From contig CAWDSK010000006.1 in assembly GCA_963804995.1 (NCBI GenBank), positions 1,344,001 through 1,408,000 of the forward strand: a DNA stretch of 64,000 bases. Reading direction: 5' to 3'. This DNA is from an uncultured Acidobacteriota bacterium (GTDB lineage Bacteria > Acidobacteriota > Terriglobia > UBA7540). Shown in pieces: positions 49,745 through 59,231 of the stretch; the first letter of the stretch is position 1, and every line of letters begins with the position of its first letter. Position numbers and translations under genes: made by a program. The notes under the pieces were generated by a model. The model did no database searches and was not told where the DNA came from. It saw nothing but the letters and a program-made list of their open reading frames with translations.

Positions 49745-51093
49745 CCCTTAGGAATGGTTTCGCGGCCTCATGGGGCCGTCTGGTCGCCTTGGCGGTGAGC
49801 CTGATGGTTTTGGCAGGGTGTCGCAACAACAGCCCAACCACCACGCCTACCCCCCCGACCGTGAACAACACAGCGACCGTCCAGGTGGGGCCGCTCAACG
49901 CTTCCACTCCCAATTTGCCTTACCCGAATGGGGTCTATACCACGGTAACCGTTTGTTTGCCCGGCACGCTGATTTGCCAGACAATCCCCAACGTTCTGGT
50001 GGATACGGGTTCCGTGGGGCTGCGCGTCCTGTATTCGGCGCTGGGCAACCTCGCCCCGGAGATGCAGGTGGTGACTGAAGCTGGAAGCAAAAATATTTTG
50101 CAAGAGTGCGTCGAGTTCGCAGACTTCTCCTATACCTGGGGGCCGGTGGCACTGGCCAACATTCAAATTGCCGGAGAATCAGCCACCCAGGTCCCAGGCC
50201 AAACTGCGAATTTTGGGGTTCCCATGCAGATTATCCCCACCAATGCGCAGTTCCCCGTGCCCTCGACGGGTGCTTTGAGCTGCCTCCATTCCCCTCCGGA
50301 CAACGACACTGTCATCGACGACAATACCGTCGAGACGCTTGGAGCCAACGGCATTCTGGGAGTTGGCCTTTTTCCCCAGGATTGCGGCAACAACTGTGGC
50401 CCGGCCTCCGGCAACCTTCCTAACCAGTACTATTACTGCACGCCCGGCGCCTCCTGCCGCATCGCTGCCGTACCCTTGCAATACCAGGTCTGGAACCCCG
50501 TCGCGGCATTCACCTCGACCGACAACAATGGAGTGCTGCTATCTCTGCCGTCGGTGGCTGCGGGCGGCGCCACCTCCGTCACCGGGTCGCTGATCTTCGG
50601 CATCGGAACTCAATCCAACAATGCCCTCGCGAGCGCCACCCTTTACGCTACCGACGAGTACGGCAACTTTCCCATGGTTGTTTACAACGGCGTCCAATAC
50701 AACTCTCCCGCCAATGGAAGCTATCTCAACAGTGGCTCGAACGCCTACTACTTCGTCGATACGACCACCCTGGGCATCGCGGAGTGTCTCGACCAGTCCG
50801 GCAATGCCACGGGGTATTACTGCCCCAGCGCGCCGACCCCATTCACGGTCACCCCGCACGGAGCAAATGGCACATCGAGCGCTGTCATGTTCAGCATCTT
50901 AAACGCCGCCACCTTGTTTGCGAGCGGCAACGCGGCACTCCCCAACCTGGGTGGCGATAGCGGGGTGGGAGCCTCAACGGACTACATCGATCTTGGAATC
51001 CCGTTCTTCTATGGCCGCCCCGTGTTCGTGGGAATTGCGGGTTCGACAGTGCCCAACAATGTAAGCGCCCCATTTGGATACTGGGCGTTTTAG
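49741..51093 (+). CDS. DUF3443 family lipoprotein, paralogue 2
   Basis: lipobox LAGC; VLVDTGSVGLRV; second motif reads YLNSGSN; ends GYWAF like copy 1. Confidence 0.88.
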   Translation: MTLRNGFAASWGRLVALAVSLMVLAGCRNNSPTTTPTPPTVNNTATVQVGPLNASTPNLPYPNGVYTTVTVCLPGTLICQTIPNVLVDTGSVGLRVLYSALGNLAPEMQVVTEAGSKNILQECVEFADFSYTWGPVALANIQIAGESATQVPGQTANFGVPMQIIPTNAQFPVPSTGALSCLHSPPDNDTVIDDNTVETLGANGILGVGLFPQDCGNNCGPASGNLPNQYYYCTPGASCRIAAVPLQYQVWNPVAAFTSTDNNGVLLSLPSVAAGGATSVTGSLIFGIGTQSNNALASATLYATDEYGNFPMVVYNGVQYNSPANGSYLNSGSNAYYFVDTTTLGIAECLDQSGNATGYYCPSAPTPFTVTPHGANGTSSAVMFSILNAATLFASGNAALPNLGGDSGVGASTDYIDLGIPFFYGRPVFVGIAGSTVPNNVSAPFGYWAF

Positions 51094-51249
51094 GCCGCAC
51101 GCAAAGTAACAGGACTTCACCCCATAACCCAGTGCCCACCCGGCAGTCACTGCCAGCTTATAAGGCAATTCCCTTTTCCGTCTTTCTCCGTGGGCTCGGC
51201 GGTAAATTCCGTTTGGATTATTGGAAGGCCTGGGCACTGGAGAATCTAC

Positions 51250-53264
51250 CCTGCCTTTCGCACTTCCACCCGCTACCGGGCTGATTTTGGCAGCTTGCGG
51301 TGCACAAGGTCTTTGCCTTCAATGGGCGCGGGTTGAAGAGTGCTTGTAGGCCCGACCTACCCTCTTTTCTGGGGCGCGAAGGTCTGGCATTCTGGGGCGT
51401 GCACCTGAAGATTCATCGACGCAAAAAGGACGGCAAGGAACATCGTTATTTCAGCATCGTCGAGAGTCGGCGCGTGTCGCGCTCGAAGGTCGTGCATCGG
51501 ACGGTGCTGTATCTGGGCGAAATCAACGACAGCCAACAATCCGCGTGGCGCAAGACGCTGGAGGTTTTTGACGAGGACCGTCGCGTCCTCGCGTCCCTGA
51601 GCCTCTTCCCGGAGGACCGCGAACTTCCTGCGGATGCTGTGGACGGCGTACAAGTGAAGTTGAGTGAAATGCGCGTTGAGCGGCCGCGCACCTTCGGTGG
51701 CTGTTGGTTGGGCTGCGAGCTGTGGCGCCAGTTGAAGCTGGACGAGTTCTGGCAGGCGAGGTTGCCGGAAGGGCGCGAGGGAGTTCCGTGGGAGAAGGTG
51801 CTACGGCTGCTGGTGGTGAACCGGTTGATCGAGCCGGGCAGCGAATTCCGTGTGCATCGGCACTGGTTCGATCAGACCGCCATGGCCGAGTTGCTGGCAG
51901 TGAACTTCGCGGTGGCCGAGAAGGACCGGCTCTATCGTTGTCTGGATCGAATACTGGCGCACAAGGCGGAGTTGTTCCAGCACCTGCGGCTGCGGTGGCA
52001 AGACCTCTTTGCGGCGCGCTTTGATCTGCTCCTCTACGATCTCACCAGCACCTATGTGGAAGGAGAGGCGGAAGCGATTCCCAAAGCCCGCCACGGTTAC
52101 AGCCGGGACGGGCGGTTCGACTGTCGGCAGGTGGTGATCGCCCTGGTGCTGACGCCGGAAGGTTTCCCGCTGGCCTACGAAGTGATGGAGGGGAATACTT
52201 CCGACCGGAACAGCTTGCGCGGTTTTCTGGACAAGATCGAGAGCGTGTACGGCAAGGCACGGCGGGTGTGGATGATGGATCGGGGAGTTCCCAGTGAAGA
52301 ACTGCTGGCGGAGATGCGCACCCCGGGGCGGGAGATGTTTTACCTGGTGGGGACGCCACGGGGCAAGATCCGGCAGTACGAAGCGAAGTGGACGGAACTG
52401 CCGTGGCGGAAGGTGCGCGAGTCGGTAGAGGTGAAACTGTTCGCGGAGGAAGGCGAGTTGTATGTGCTGGCGAAGAGCGCAGGCCGCCAGGCGAAAGAGA
52501 TGGCCATCCGTCGACGCAAGCTGGCACGGCTGTTGTGGAGGCTGCGGGCCTTGCGGCGCGTGTGTCCGACGCGTGATGCGTTGCTGATGAAGATCGGAGC
52601 AGCCAAGAGTGAAGCCGGACGGGCCTTCGGTTTCGTGAAGATCAGCGTGCCCAAGGCCCAGGAAGAAGTGACTCGCCAGACCTTCCAGTTCCGGCTCGAG
52701 CGCAGCAAGTTGGAGGAAGCGGAGCGGCGCGATGGACATTATCTGTTGCGCACCAATCTGACGGGGGAAAATCCCGAGGTGTTGTGGGACCGCTACATGC
52801 AACTGGCGCAGATCGAAGCGGCCTTTAAGTGTTTGAAGAGTGAGCTGGGAATTCGGCCGATTTATCATCAAATAGAACATCGCGTCGAGGCCCACATCCT
52901 CATTGCCTTTCTGGCGTACGGCTTGTGGGTGACGCTGAAACAGCGTCTGCAGGCCCACGCTCCGGGCCTGACGCCGAAAGCGGTGCTGGAGAAGCTGGCG
53001 GGCATGCAGATGCTCGATGTGTCTTTCCCGACCACGGATGGGCGCCGATTAGTGATGCCCCGCTACACCGAGCCGACACCCGAACAAAAGCTCCTGTTGC
53101 ACGAACTGCAGCTCGTGCTCCCCACTCAGCCACCGCCCACGATCACGGTCCAGCCGGAAATCTTTCCTGCTGGAATGCTGCGTTTGTAGGCCAGACCTTG
53201 GCAATGCCTGTACTGAAAAGAAGCGAGTTAACCCAACTCAACACCCTGAAGTGCGAAAGTTCGG
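51250..53264 (+). mobile_element. IS1634-family element, copy 2
   Basis: same TIRs and length (2015 bp) as copy 1; CTAC duplicated at 51246-51249 and 53265-53268. Confidence 0.9.
51399..53189 (+). CDS. IS1634-family DDE transposase
   Basis: protein matches copy 1 except PPPT versus PPPR near the C-terminus. Confidence 0.92.
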   Translation: MHLKIHRRKKDGKEHRYFSIVESRRVSRSKVVHRTVLYLGEINDSQQSAWRKTLEVFDEDRRVLASLSLFPEDRELPADAVDGVQVKLSEMRVERPRTFGGCWLGCELWRQLKLDEFWQARLPEGREGVPWEKVLRLLVVNRLIEPGSEFRVHRHWFDQTAMAELLAVNFAVAEKDRLYRCLDRILAHKAELFQHLRLRWQDLFAARFDLLLYDLTSTYVEGEAEAIPKARHGYSRDGRFDCRQVVIALVLTPEGFPLAYEVMEGNTSDRNSLRGFLDKIESVYGKARRVWMMDRGVPSEELLAEMRTPGREMFYLVGTPRGKIRQYEAKWTELPWRKVRESVEVKLFAEEGELYVLAKSAGRQAKEMAIRRRKLARLLWRLRALRRVCPTRDALLMKIGAAKSEAGRAFGFVKISVPKAQEEVTRQTFQFRLERSKLEEAERRDGHYLLRTNLTGENPEVLWDRYMQLAQIEAAFKCLKSELGIRPIYHQIEHRVEAHILIAFLAYGLWVTLKQRLQAHAPGLTPKAVLEKLAGMQMLDVSFPTTDGRRLVMPRYTEPTPEQKLLLHELQLVLPTQPPPTITVQPEIFPAGMLRL

Positions 53265-53380
53265 CTACCAAAAGGCCCGTAGCACTGGGCCCGCAAGGTA
53301 GCACAGGCACTCCTGCCTGTGAATGCGGCTCGATGTTCGAGCATATCGACACAGCCAGGAGTGGCTGTCCCACTTTACTC

Positions 53381-53474
53381 GGACAATTCGTTGCCCGCCT
53401 TGCATTTTTGGGCTACCGGTAGCCCTAACGTGCACATTGCCTATTGACATAGCCTAGTGGATGAAGCGCACAAT
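53381..53474 (+). promoter_or_regulatory. palindrome plus promoter module D
   Basis: GGACAATT; GGGCTACCGGTAGCCC at 53410-53425; 18 bp; TTGACA at 53444-53449; 19 bp; CACAAT. Confidence 0.7.
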
Positions 53475-53829
53475 GGAGGTAGGGAAGCGTAGCGCCCTGA
53501 TGTGTCCAGGTACCCCTTTCTACCGAACAACCACGGGGCCCAAAATGGGGGGTCTGCAATGCTTCACGAACACGCCGACAAACGTCCGGGAAGGGGGGTT
53601 CTGTCAAAAGTTTTATGAAAGGTAATGAAGGGTCGGGAGGTGGGTAGAGCTGGGGGATTTGCCCCCAGACCCCCAGGATTTATCGCTTTGGTGCCAAGAT
53701 GGGTCTGGACTGGGGGAGCGAGTGGGGCTCGCTCCCGACCGATCTCGGCCCCGGGGTCGGCGCTCAGGTCGCATCCCTGCGGAGCCCTATCCTCCGCCCC
53801 GGCCACCGCGAAGTTTACTCCCACCGGGC

Positions 53830-55287
53830 TCAGGCCGCCAGGGCGAGAGCGAGGATCTTGTTCCACTGGCCTTGCAAGGTGGTGAGGGAACTCAACTCCG
53901 GCAAGGGGATGGGTACGCGGTAGCCCAGGGCCAGATGGGGGCGAAGGAAGTTGTAGTGGGTGACGAACAGGGTGGTGAGGGCCACGGCGCCGTTGCGCGT
54001 GGCAAAGCCGCAAGCCGGGCGGACGTGGTATTTGTAGGTGCGATTGAGACGTTCGATGAGTTGCTTGAAGGGGCGGAATTCCTTGGAGACCGCGTCGAGG
54101 TTTTCCAGGCCGATGACCTGCCGCAAGGTATGGGGAGGTTGGGAAGCGGTGCGGTGAGCGTTGAGGAAGTGTACGCCGGCCTGATAAGCGGGGTTGCCGT
54201 CGGTGATGAAACGCAGGGCCTGATCTTCGGGCAAGGTGCGCGCGGCCTCGCCCAGGGCCACGGTGGCGGCCAAGGCATCGCGCTCCGGCGCCACGTGATA
54301 GGACGTGATGCGATGTCCTTGGGGATCGAGAAAGAAGAACGTGTATGGGTGCTTCCCCGCGACGCGAATATAAGTCTCGTCGCCGGTGGCGGTGGCGCTG
54401 AGCGGGGCTTTGTAGCGGAGGTTGAAGGCGTGGCAGTAGTAAGCGGCGGCCTGGGCATAGTTGAGAACGGACTGGTAGCTGAGAGGCACGCCGAAGACTT
54501 GCCGCAGGACCTGGGCGGTCTTGCGGGCGGAGAGGGCGAAAGAGATGTGGAAGGCCAACACCAGGCCCAAGACATCGGAAGAACGATGCAGACGGGTGAG
54601 GTCGACGGTGGGCGGATCGGGAGCGGTGGGGGCCAGTTGGGCGGGTTGAAAGTGGTATTCGCGATACTGGTAACGCAGCTTGAACTGCGTGCGGCGCAGC
54701 TTCTGGAGCAACTTCTCGTTCCAGTGCAGGGCTTGCTGCTTCTGGAGATAGTGAGGACAACGCTCGCCAGGACATTTGTAGATGGTGCAATCGGCACGCT
54801 GCTTCCAGCGGAAGAGGGAGCTGCCGCAGTAGGGGCACCAGTAAGGAGTTTTCGTCGGGCGATGACAACGAGCGATTTGCGACAGCCGGCCACAGACTTT
54901 GCAGCGCAGTTGGCGGGCGTGACGGCCATCGTTGAGGTAGAGGAAGTCGCGCGGTGCGCCGCAGTGGGCACAACGACAAGTGGGAGGCAGGGGGTGGGCG
55001 CCAGAACGCTGAATCGGAGCCAACGGTCGGCGGTGCTGGCGCTGGTACTGAGCCAGCAACTGCCGCCAGTTCCAGGTGCGAGGTGCCGGAGGCGGCTGGG
55101 TCAAGGGAGCCAGAGGGTCAACGTAGAAGTCGCGATAGTGTGGATGCTGCTGGCGAAAGTCGTCGCGGGGTTGAGGCTCGGGCTGGCGCCCGGCGAGAAT
55201 CTCTTGCAGTTGCTCAACCAGTTCCTGCAAATCCTGGCGGGTAAATTTCCTACAGAGCCAAAGCACCAATCGTGGTATCTTGCCCAT
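53830..55287 (-). CDS. DDE transposase with N-terminal CxxC zinc fingers (IS6/IS240-like core)
   Basis: CAHCG, CKVC, CPYCG; GDETY, ITDGNPAY, IERLNRTYK, HYNFLRPH. Confidence 0.85.
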   Translation of the reverse strand: MGKIPRLVLWLCRKFTRQDLQELVEQLQEILAGRQPEPQPRDDFRQQHPHYRDFYVDPLAPLTQPPPAPRTWNWRQLLAQYQRQHRRPLAPIQRSGAHPLPPTCRCAHCGAPRDFLYLNDGRHARQLRCKVCGRLSQIARCHRPTKTPYWCPYCGSSLFRWKQRADCTIYKCPGERCPHYLQKQQALHWNEKLLQKLRRTQFKLRYQYREYHFQPAQLAPTAPDPPTVDLTRLHRSSDVLGLVLAFHISFALSARKTAQVLRQVFGVPLSYQSVLNYAQAAAYYCHAFNLRYKAPLSATATGDETYIRVAGKHPYTFFFLDPQGHRITSYHVAPERDALAATVALGEAARTLPEDQALRFITDGNPAYQAGVHFLNAHRTASQPPHTLRQVIGLENLDAVSKEFRPFKQLIERLNRTYKYHVRPACGFATRNGAVALTTLFVTHYNFLRPHLALGYRVPIPLPELSSLTTLQGQWNKILALALAA

Positions 55288-55444
55288 GGCGGTGAGTCTC
55301 TCGGGAACCTGGCGGGTTCCCTACAAGGTGGATTGGGAAAGAGAGACTTCACCGCCCTTTTTGTTTGCCGTCAAGCCCCACGACGCAGTTACGTCCAGGA
55401 ACTTAAGCGCGGCAACCCGACCGCACCTCACGCCAACGTCCTAG

Positions 55445-57081
55445 GAGCCTGTCGGAGATAGATTTTGGCCGCAGGAGGGATCCAGTCGCAAGATTTTCGG
55501 GGGGGGCATTGGATTGATTATTGATAGTTTTAGAAGATGTTGTAAGATGGAGTTATGGGCAAACAGTTTCGGAGTTGCGATTTAAATCAGGCGTACTTGC
55601 TCCCGCCCTCGTTGCAGGATTGGCTGCCGGAGGGTCACCTGGCGCGGTTCGTGGCGGAGGTGGTGGAAGCCTTAGACCTGTCGGCGATTTACGCGAAGTA
55701 CGAAGCGGGAGATGGGCGGGGGCTGGCGGCGTACGATCCGCGGATGATGGTCCGGGTGCTGATTTACGGTTACTGCCGAGGGGTGGCGAGTTCGCGACGG
55801 ATCGAGCGGGCGACGTACGAGGACGTGGCGTTCCGGTATTTGGCGGCCGACCAGCATCCGGATCACGACACGATCGCGACCTTCCGGCAGGAGCACTTGG
55901 TGCCCTTGGCGCAATTGTTCGTGCAGGTGTTGCAGTTGTGCCAGCGGGCGGGCCTGGTGAAGCTGGGGCACGTGGCGCTGGACGGGACGAAGATCAAGGC
56001 CAACGCCTCGAAGCACAAGGCGATGAGCTACGAGCGGATGGAGAAGGCGGAGAAGGAATTAGCCGCGGAAGTGCAGGCGCTGCTGGCCGAGGCGGCACGG
56101 GTAGACGCCGAGGAAGATGGAAAATATGGGAAGGGTAAGCGCGGCGACGAACTGCCGAAGGAACTGGCGCGGCGCGAGAGCCGGTTAGAGAAGATTCGGG
56201 AGGCGAAGGCGGCACTGGAGCAAGAGGCAAAAGAGGCGGCGGAAAAGAAGCAGGCGGAGGTGGCGGCGCAATTAAAGGAGCGGGCGAAGCAGGAACGGGA
56301 ACGGGGGCGGAAGTTCGGGGGCCGACCGCCGCAGGCGCCGGACGCGGAAGCGGCGAAACCGGAGCCCCAAGCGCAACGGAATTTTACCGACCCGGATTCG
56401 CGCATCATGAAGGACGGAGCGACGAAAGAGTTTGTGCAAGCCTATAACGCCCAGGCGGCGGTGGACAGTCACGCGCAAGTGATCGTGGGGGCGGCGGTGA
56501 CGCAGGAAGCCAACGACAAGAAGCAGTTGGTACCGATGCTGAAGGAAGTGAAAGCGCAGATGGGGCGACCGCCGCGGCAAGCGACGGCGGACAACGGGTA
56601 TTTCAGCGAGCCCAACGTCACCGATGCGCAGGTGCGGGAGATCGATCTGTTCGTAGCGCCGGACGCTCAGAAGCACAGCGAGAAACCGCCCGTCACGACC
56701 GGGCCTCCGCCCTCCGGGGCCAGCGTGGCCGAGCAGATGCGGCACAAGCTGCGCACGGCGGAAGGACAGGCGGTTTATAAACTGCGCAAGGCGGTGGTGG
56801 AACCGGTCTTTGGACAGATCAAAGAGGCGCGCGGGTTTCGGAGATTCCTGCTGCGAGGACTGAGGAAAGTGCAGGCGGAATGGCAGATGATCTGTGCCAC
56901 GCACAACCTGTTGAAACTCTTCCGCTCGGGATGGAGCCCCCAAAGGGCCTGAAAGCGCTGGCCCAACCGACCCCGTTGCTCGCGTGGACGGCCTGGCCAG
57001 CGTCAAATGCCTAACATTCGGTTCGCGGAGAACGAGAGTCGGTAAAAAGTAAGATTGTGGGGCCGTATCTCCGACGGGCTC
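55445..57081 (+). mobile_element. IS1182-family element
   Basis: TIR GAGCC(T/C)GTCGGAGATA 15/16; CTAG duplicated at 55441-55444 and 57082-57085. Confidence 0.92.
55555..56952 (+). CDS. IS1182-family transposase
   Basis: LLPPSL.DWLPEGHLA, SSRRIE, DGTKIKANAS, TDPDSRIM, ADNGY, VEPVFGQIK. Confidence 0.95.
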   Translation: MGKQFRSCDLNQAYLLPPSLQDWLPEGHLARFVAEVVEALDLSAIYAKYEAGDGRGLAAYDPRMMVRVLIYGYCRGVASSRRIERATYEDVAFRYLAADQHPDHDTIATFRQEHLVPLAQLFVQVLQLCQRAGLVKLGHVALDGTKIKANASKHKAMSYERMEKAEKELAAEVQALLAEAARVDAEEDGKYGKGKRGDELPKELARRESRLEKIREAKAALEQEAKEAAEKKQAEVAAQLKERAKQERERGRKFGGRPPQAPDAEAAKPEPQAQRNFTDPDSRIMKDGATKEFVQAYNAQAAVDSHAQVIVGAAVTQEANDKKQLVPMLKEVKAQMGRPPRQATADNGYFSEPNVTDAQVREIDLFVAPDAQKHSEKPPVTTGPPPSGASVAEQMRHKLRTAEGQAVYKLRKAVVEPVFGQIKEARGFRRFLLRGLRKVQAEWQMICATHNLLKLFRSGWSPQRA

Positions 57082-57200
57082 CTAGTCAAGCGCACCCGGA
57101 GGGGGGAGAAAGCAGAAAATCCAGTTTCTCCCAGCAATTCAATGGGTTATCGCCTTAGGGGACAAAAATTCTTGACACAACCCACTGATCCGTAGAGATG

Positions 57201-57862
57201 TTAAAAATGAAGGTCGATCCGGGGATGTGTATGAAAACACAGGAGAGGGGACGATTTGTCAGGCTATTTTTCGATCTTTTTGCAGAAAATTCCGGAGTTT
57301 TGTGACAATGGACGGCAAACGATCGGGATTGTGGGCCGACAATGCACAGGTTATACGGAAATTCGGGGCGAATCAGCGCCGACCTTTAGAGCCCTCCCCG
57401 AACACTTCCGGTTATCGGCGGGTTGGGGCACGAACCTGAGCTCACCAATCGGCCTGGAGCTGGGCAATCCCGCACCCTCGATGGGGCATCGCAGACGGGC
57501 GGAAGGTGGTGGGTCAAATGGAGGACGTAGCGGCGAGTTTACCTTGCCCAAGGGGGGCGTCCCGATAGGATCGAGATCGATTCCGCCCCGTGGGCATCAT
57601 GTTGGCTCACGACCCTATCCCACGATGTTTCAGATAACAAAAGGAGTTAGCGAAGAGGAGCAAAAACTCGCAAAATGCAACTCATTGAAACCACAACAGT
57701 AATGAAATTGGCTGAAGTTTACGCACGCCGGTATCCCACGATGTTATAGAAAGCAAAGGGGGTTAGTGATGGGGAGAAGAAACCCGGCAAATATCTATCT
57801 AATTGAAAAAAGGGGAGTTAATTGATTTGCTGCCAATGGGGCGACGGAAAAAGGGGGAATTA
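57201..57862 (+). repeat. AT-rich degenerate repeat array D (one unit at 57201-57244, four at 57616-57820)
   Basis: TTAAAAATGAAGGT...GATGTGTATGAAAACACAG; TATCCCACGATGTT x2; ends AAGGGGGAATTA as seen within arrays B and C. Confidence 0.8.
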
Positions 57863-57895
57863 TTATTTGCGCCTTTCTTCCGGCGCCTTTAGATG

Positions 57896-57980
57896 TAACT
57901 ACTTTTATTTCAACTAGATAGATTTTTGCTAAAAACCCCATTTCTACCCCTAACCCCCTTTATTTTCATTAACATCTTCA
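57896..57980 (-). repeat. AT-rich array E (2 units) overlapping the stop of ORF 57950-59101
   Basis: GATGTTAATGAAAATAAAGGGGGTTAG and ATCTATCTAGTTGAAAATAAAAGTAGTTA on the minus strand. Confidence 0.8.
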
Positions 57981-59101
57981 CAAGCAGCGGGCGCTTCTGA
58001 ACCTTCTGCACGCGAAGCCTGCCGTTTAATCTTCATAAGCAGGTTCGTCAAGCGCCAGATTTGGCGAAAGTAGGAGTCTTCCATTCTCTGCATGACCATT
58101 GCAGAGAGATGGGTAGGCGCGATTTCTGCGGCACGTTCATAAGGCGAGGGACCTTTCACGCACTCCCGCAGATTGGCAAGGCGCTCCATCTCGCACAACT
58201 CCACCTGACGCGTCAGGATGTGCTGCAGAAGTTGGCGCACCCGCTCCCGAGATTCCCATTCCTCCTCCGTAATCTGGGGATAATCGGCCTGCCTTGTATC
58301 GGCGGCCTGCAAATCGGCACTTGCCTCTGTAGCGCCGACCTTGAGGTCGGCACTTACCGGATCGAAGTCCGCCGGCACGTCGCCTTCCTCGTCCGGCGGG
58401 GTTTCCGGCTCCAACCCGAAGCCCCGTTGCCTTTCTTCCTCCCGGGTGAAGGGGGGCAAATTAAAGATGGCTCGGGCCTGAGTCACGACTCGGCGGGCGT
58501 TCTCAAGCTCATCCTCCACTTCACCCGCTTCTTCCGATTCCACAGCCCCCGGCGCCTGAAGCTGGCAGAAGAGTGCGAGAGCGATTTCGCCCAATTCCTT
58601 CATGGCTCCCTCGCGGCGCAAGTTCTTCATTTGCTCGAGGTCTTCGGGCGTGGTGACGTAATATTCCTGTGCCACCGATTGGGCGAGCATCTGCAAAACG
58701 GCGGAATTCATTTTCAGATTCATCATGTGCGCGTGCAGGCGGGCCTCCCGGCCGCGGTTTGCCTCCTGCGCCTGCCGCACGGCCATGCCCTCCTGCATGC
58801 GGTCAAAACGCTTCATCCGCCACAGGGCCCGCGCCAGACGCTCCACCAATTCTTCCTCCGAACCGCTGCGGGGGCGCCACTCGCACTGGAGTTTTTCCCG
58901 CAGTTCCCGAAGGTCGGCTGAATCCTCACCCAGGTCGAGCAAGGCGGTTTCTTCCCACTGCGCGTAACGTCCATGGCGCAAGTGCGCGGCGCGGATGCGC
59001 TCCACGCCCTCCGCCGTCTTCGGGCCGTGCGAATGCTTTCGGTTGCGCCGAAGGGCGGCCAGTTTCTTGGCCGTCAGGCGCGGCTTCTTGACCAGTGACA
59101 T
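57950..59101 (-). CDS. uncharacterised helical protein, 'N..HSxGP....G' family (paralogue of 507-1460)
   Basis: GGAGG RBS; MSLVKK, RRNRKHSHGPKTAEG, LGED, P....EEELVERLARALWRMKRFDR. Confidence 0.8.
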   Translation of the reverse strand: MSLVKKPRLTAKKLAALRRNRKHSHGPKTAEGVERIRAAHLRHGRYAQWEETALLDLGEDSADLRELREKLQCEWRPRSGSEEELVERLARALWRMKRFDRMQEGMAVRQAQEANRGREARLHAHMMNLKMNSAVLQMLAQSVAQEYYVTTPEDLEQMKNLRREGAMKELGEIALALFCQLQAPGAVESEEAGEVEDELENARRVVTQARAIFNLPPFTREEERQRGFGLEPETPPDEEGDVPADFDPVSADLKVGATEASADLQAADTRQADYPQITEEEWESRERVRQLLQHILTRQVELCEMERLANLRECVKGPSPYERAAEIAPTHLSAMVMQRMEDSYFRQIWRLTNLLMKIKRQASRAEGSEAPAACEDVNENKGG

Positions 59102-59231
59102 AAAACCTCCAAGGGCGGATACGGGATACAGGATTCGCAAAGGGCGCTCGCTGCCTATCCCGACTTGTCGGGACTCGCAAAAGGCGCTCGCTGCCTAGAC
59201 CTTACTGCTTCTCCCCAACCCCCCAGTACCC

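Larger units (their letters stand above)
53597..57182 (-). mobile_element. IS6-like DDE insertion sequence carrying a nested IS1182
   Basis: ends GGTTCTGTCAAAAGTTTT and AAAATTCTTGACACAACC are imperfect inverted repeats; no TSD seen. Confidence 0.65.

Noticed and set aside
37405..53264. Composite transposon formed by the two IS1634 copies
   Set aside because: Each copy has its own target duplication and the outer flanks (CTAA versus CTAC) differ.
53564..55461. Long ORFs of 600 aa (+) and 471 aa (-)
   Set aside because: Shadow frames of the DDE transposase with no recognisable motifs.
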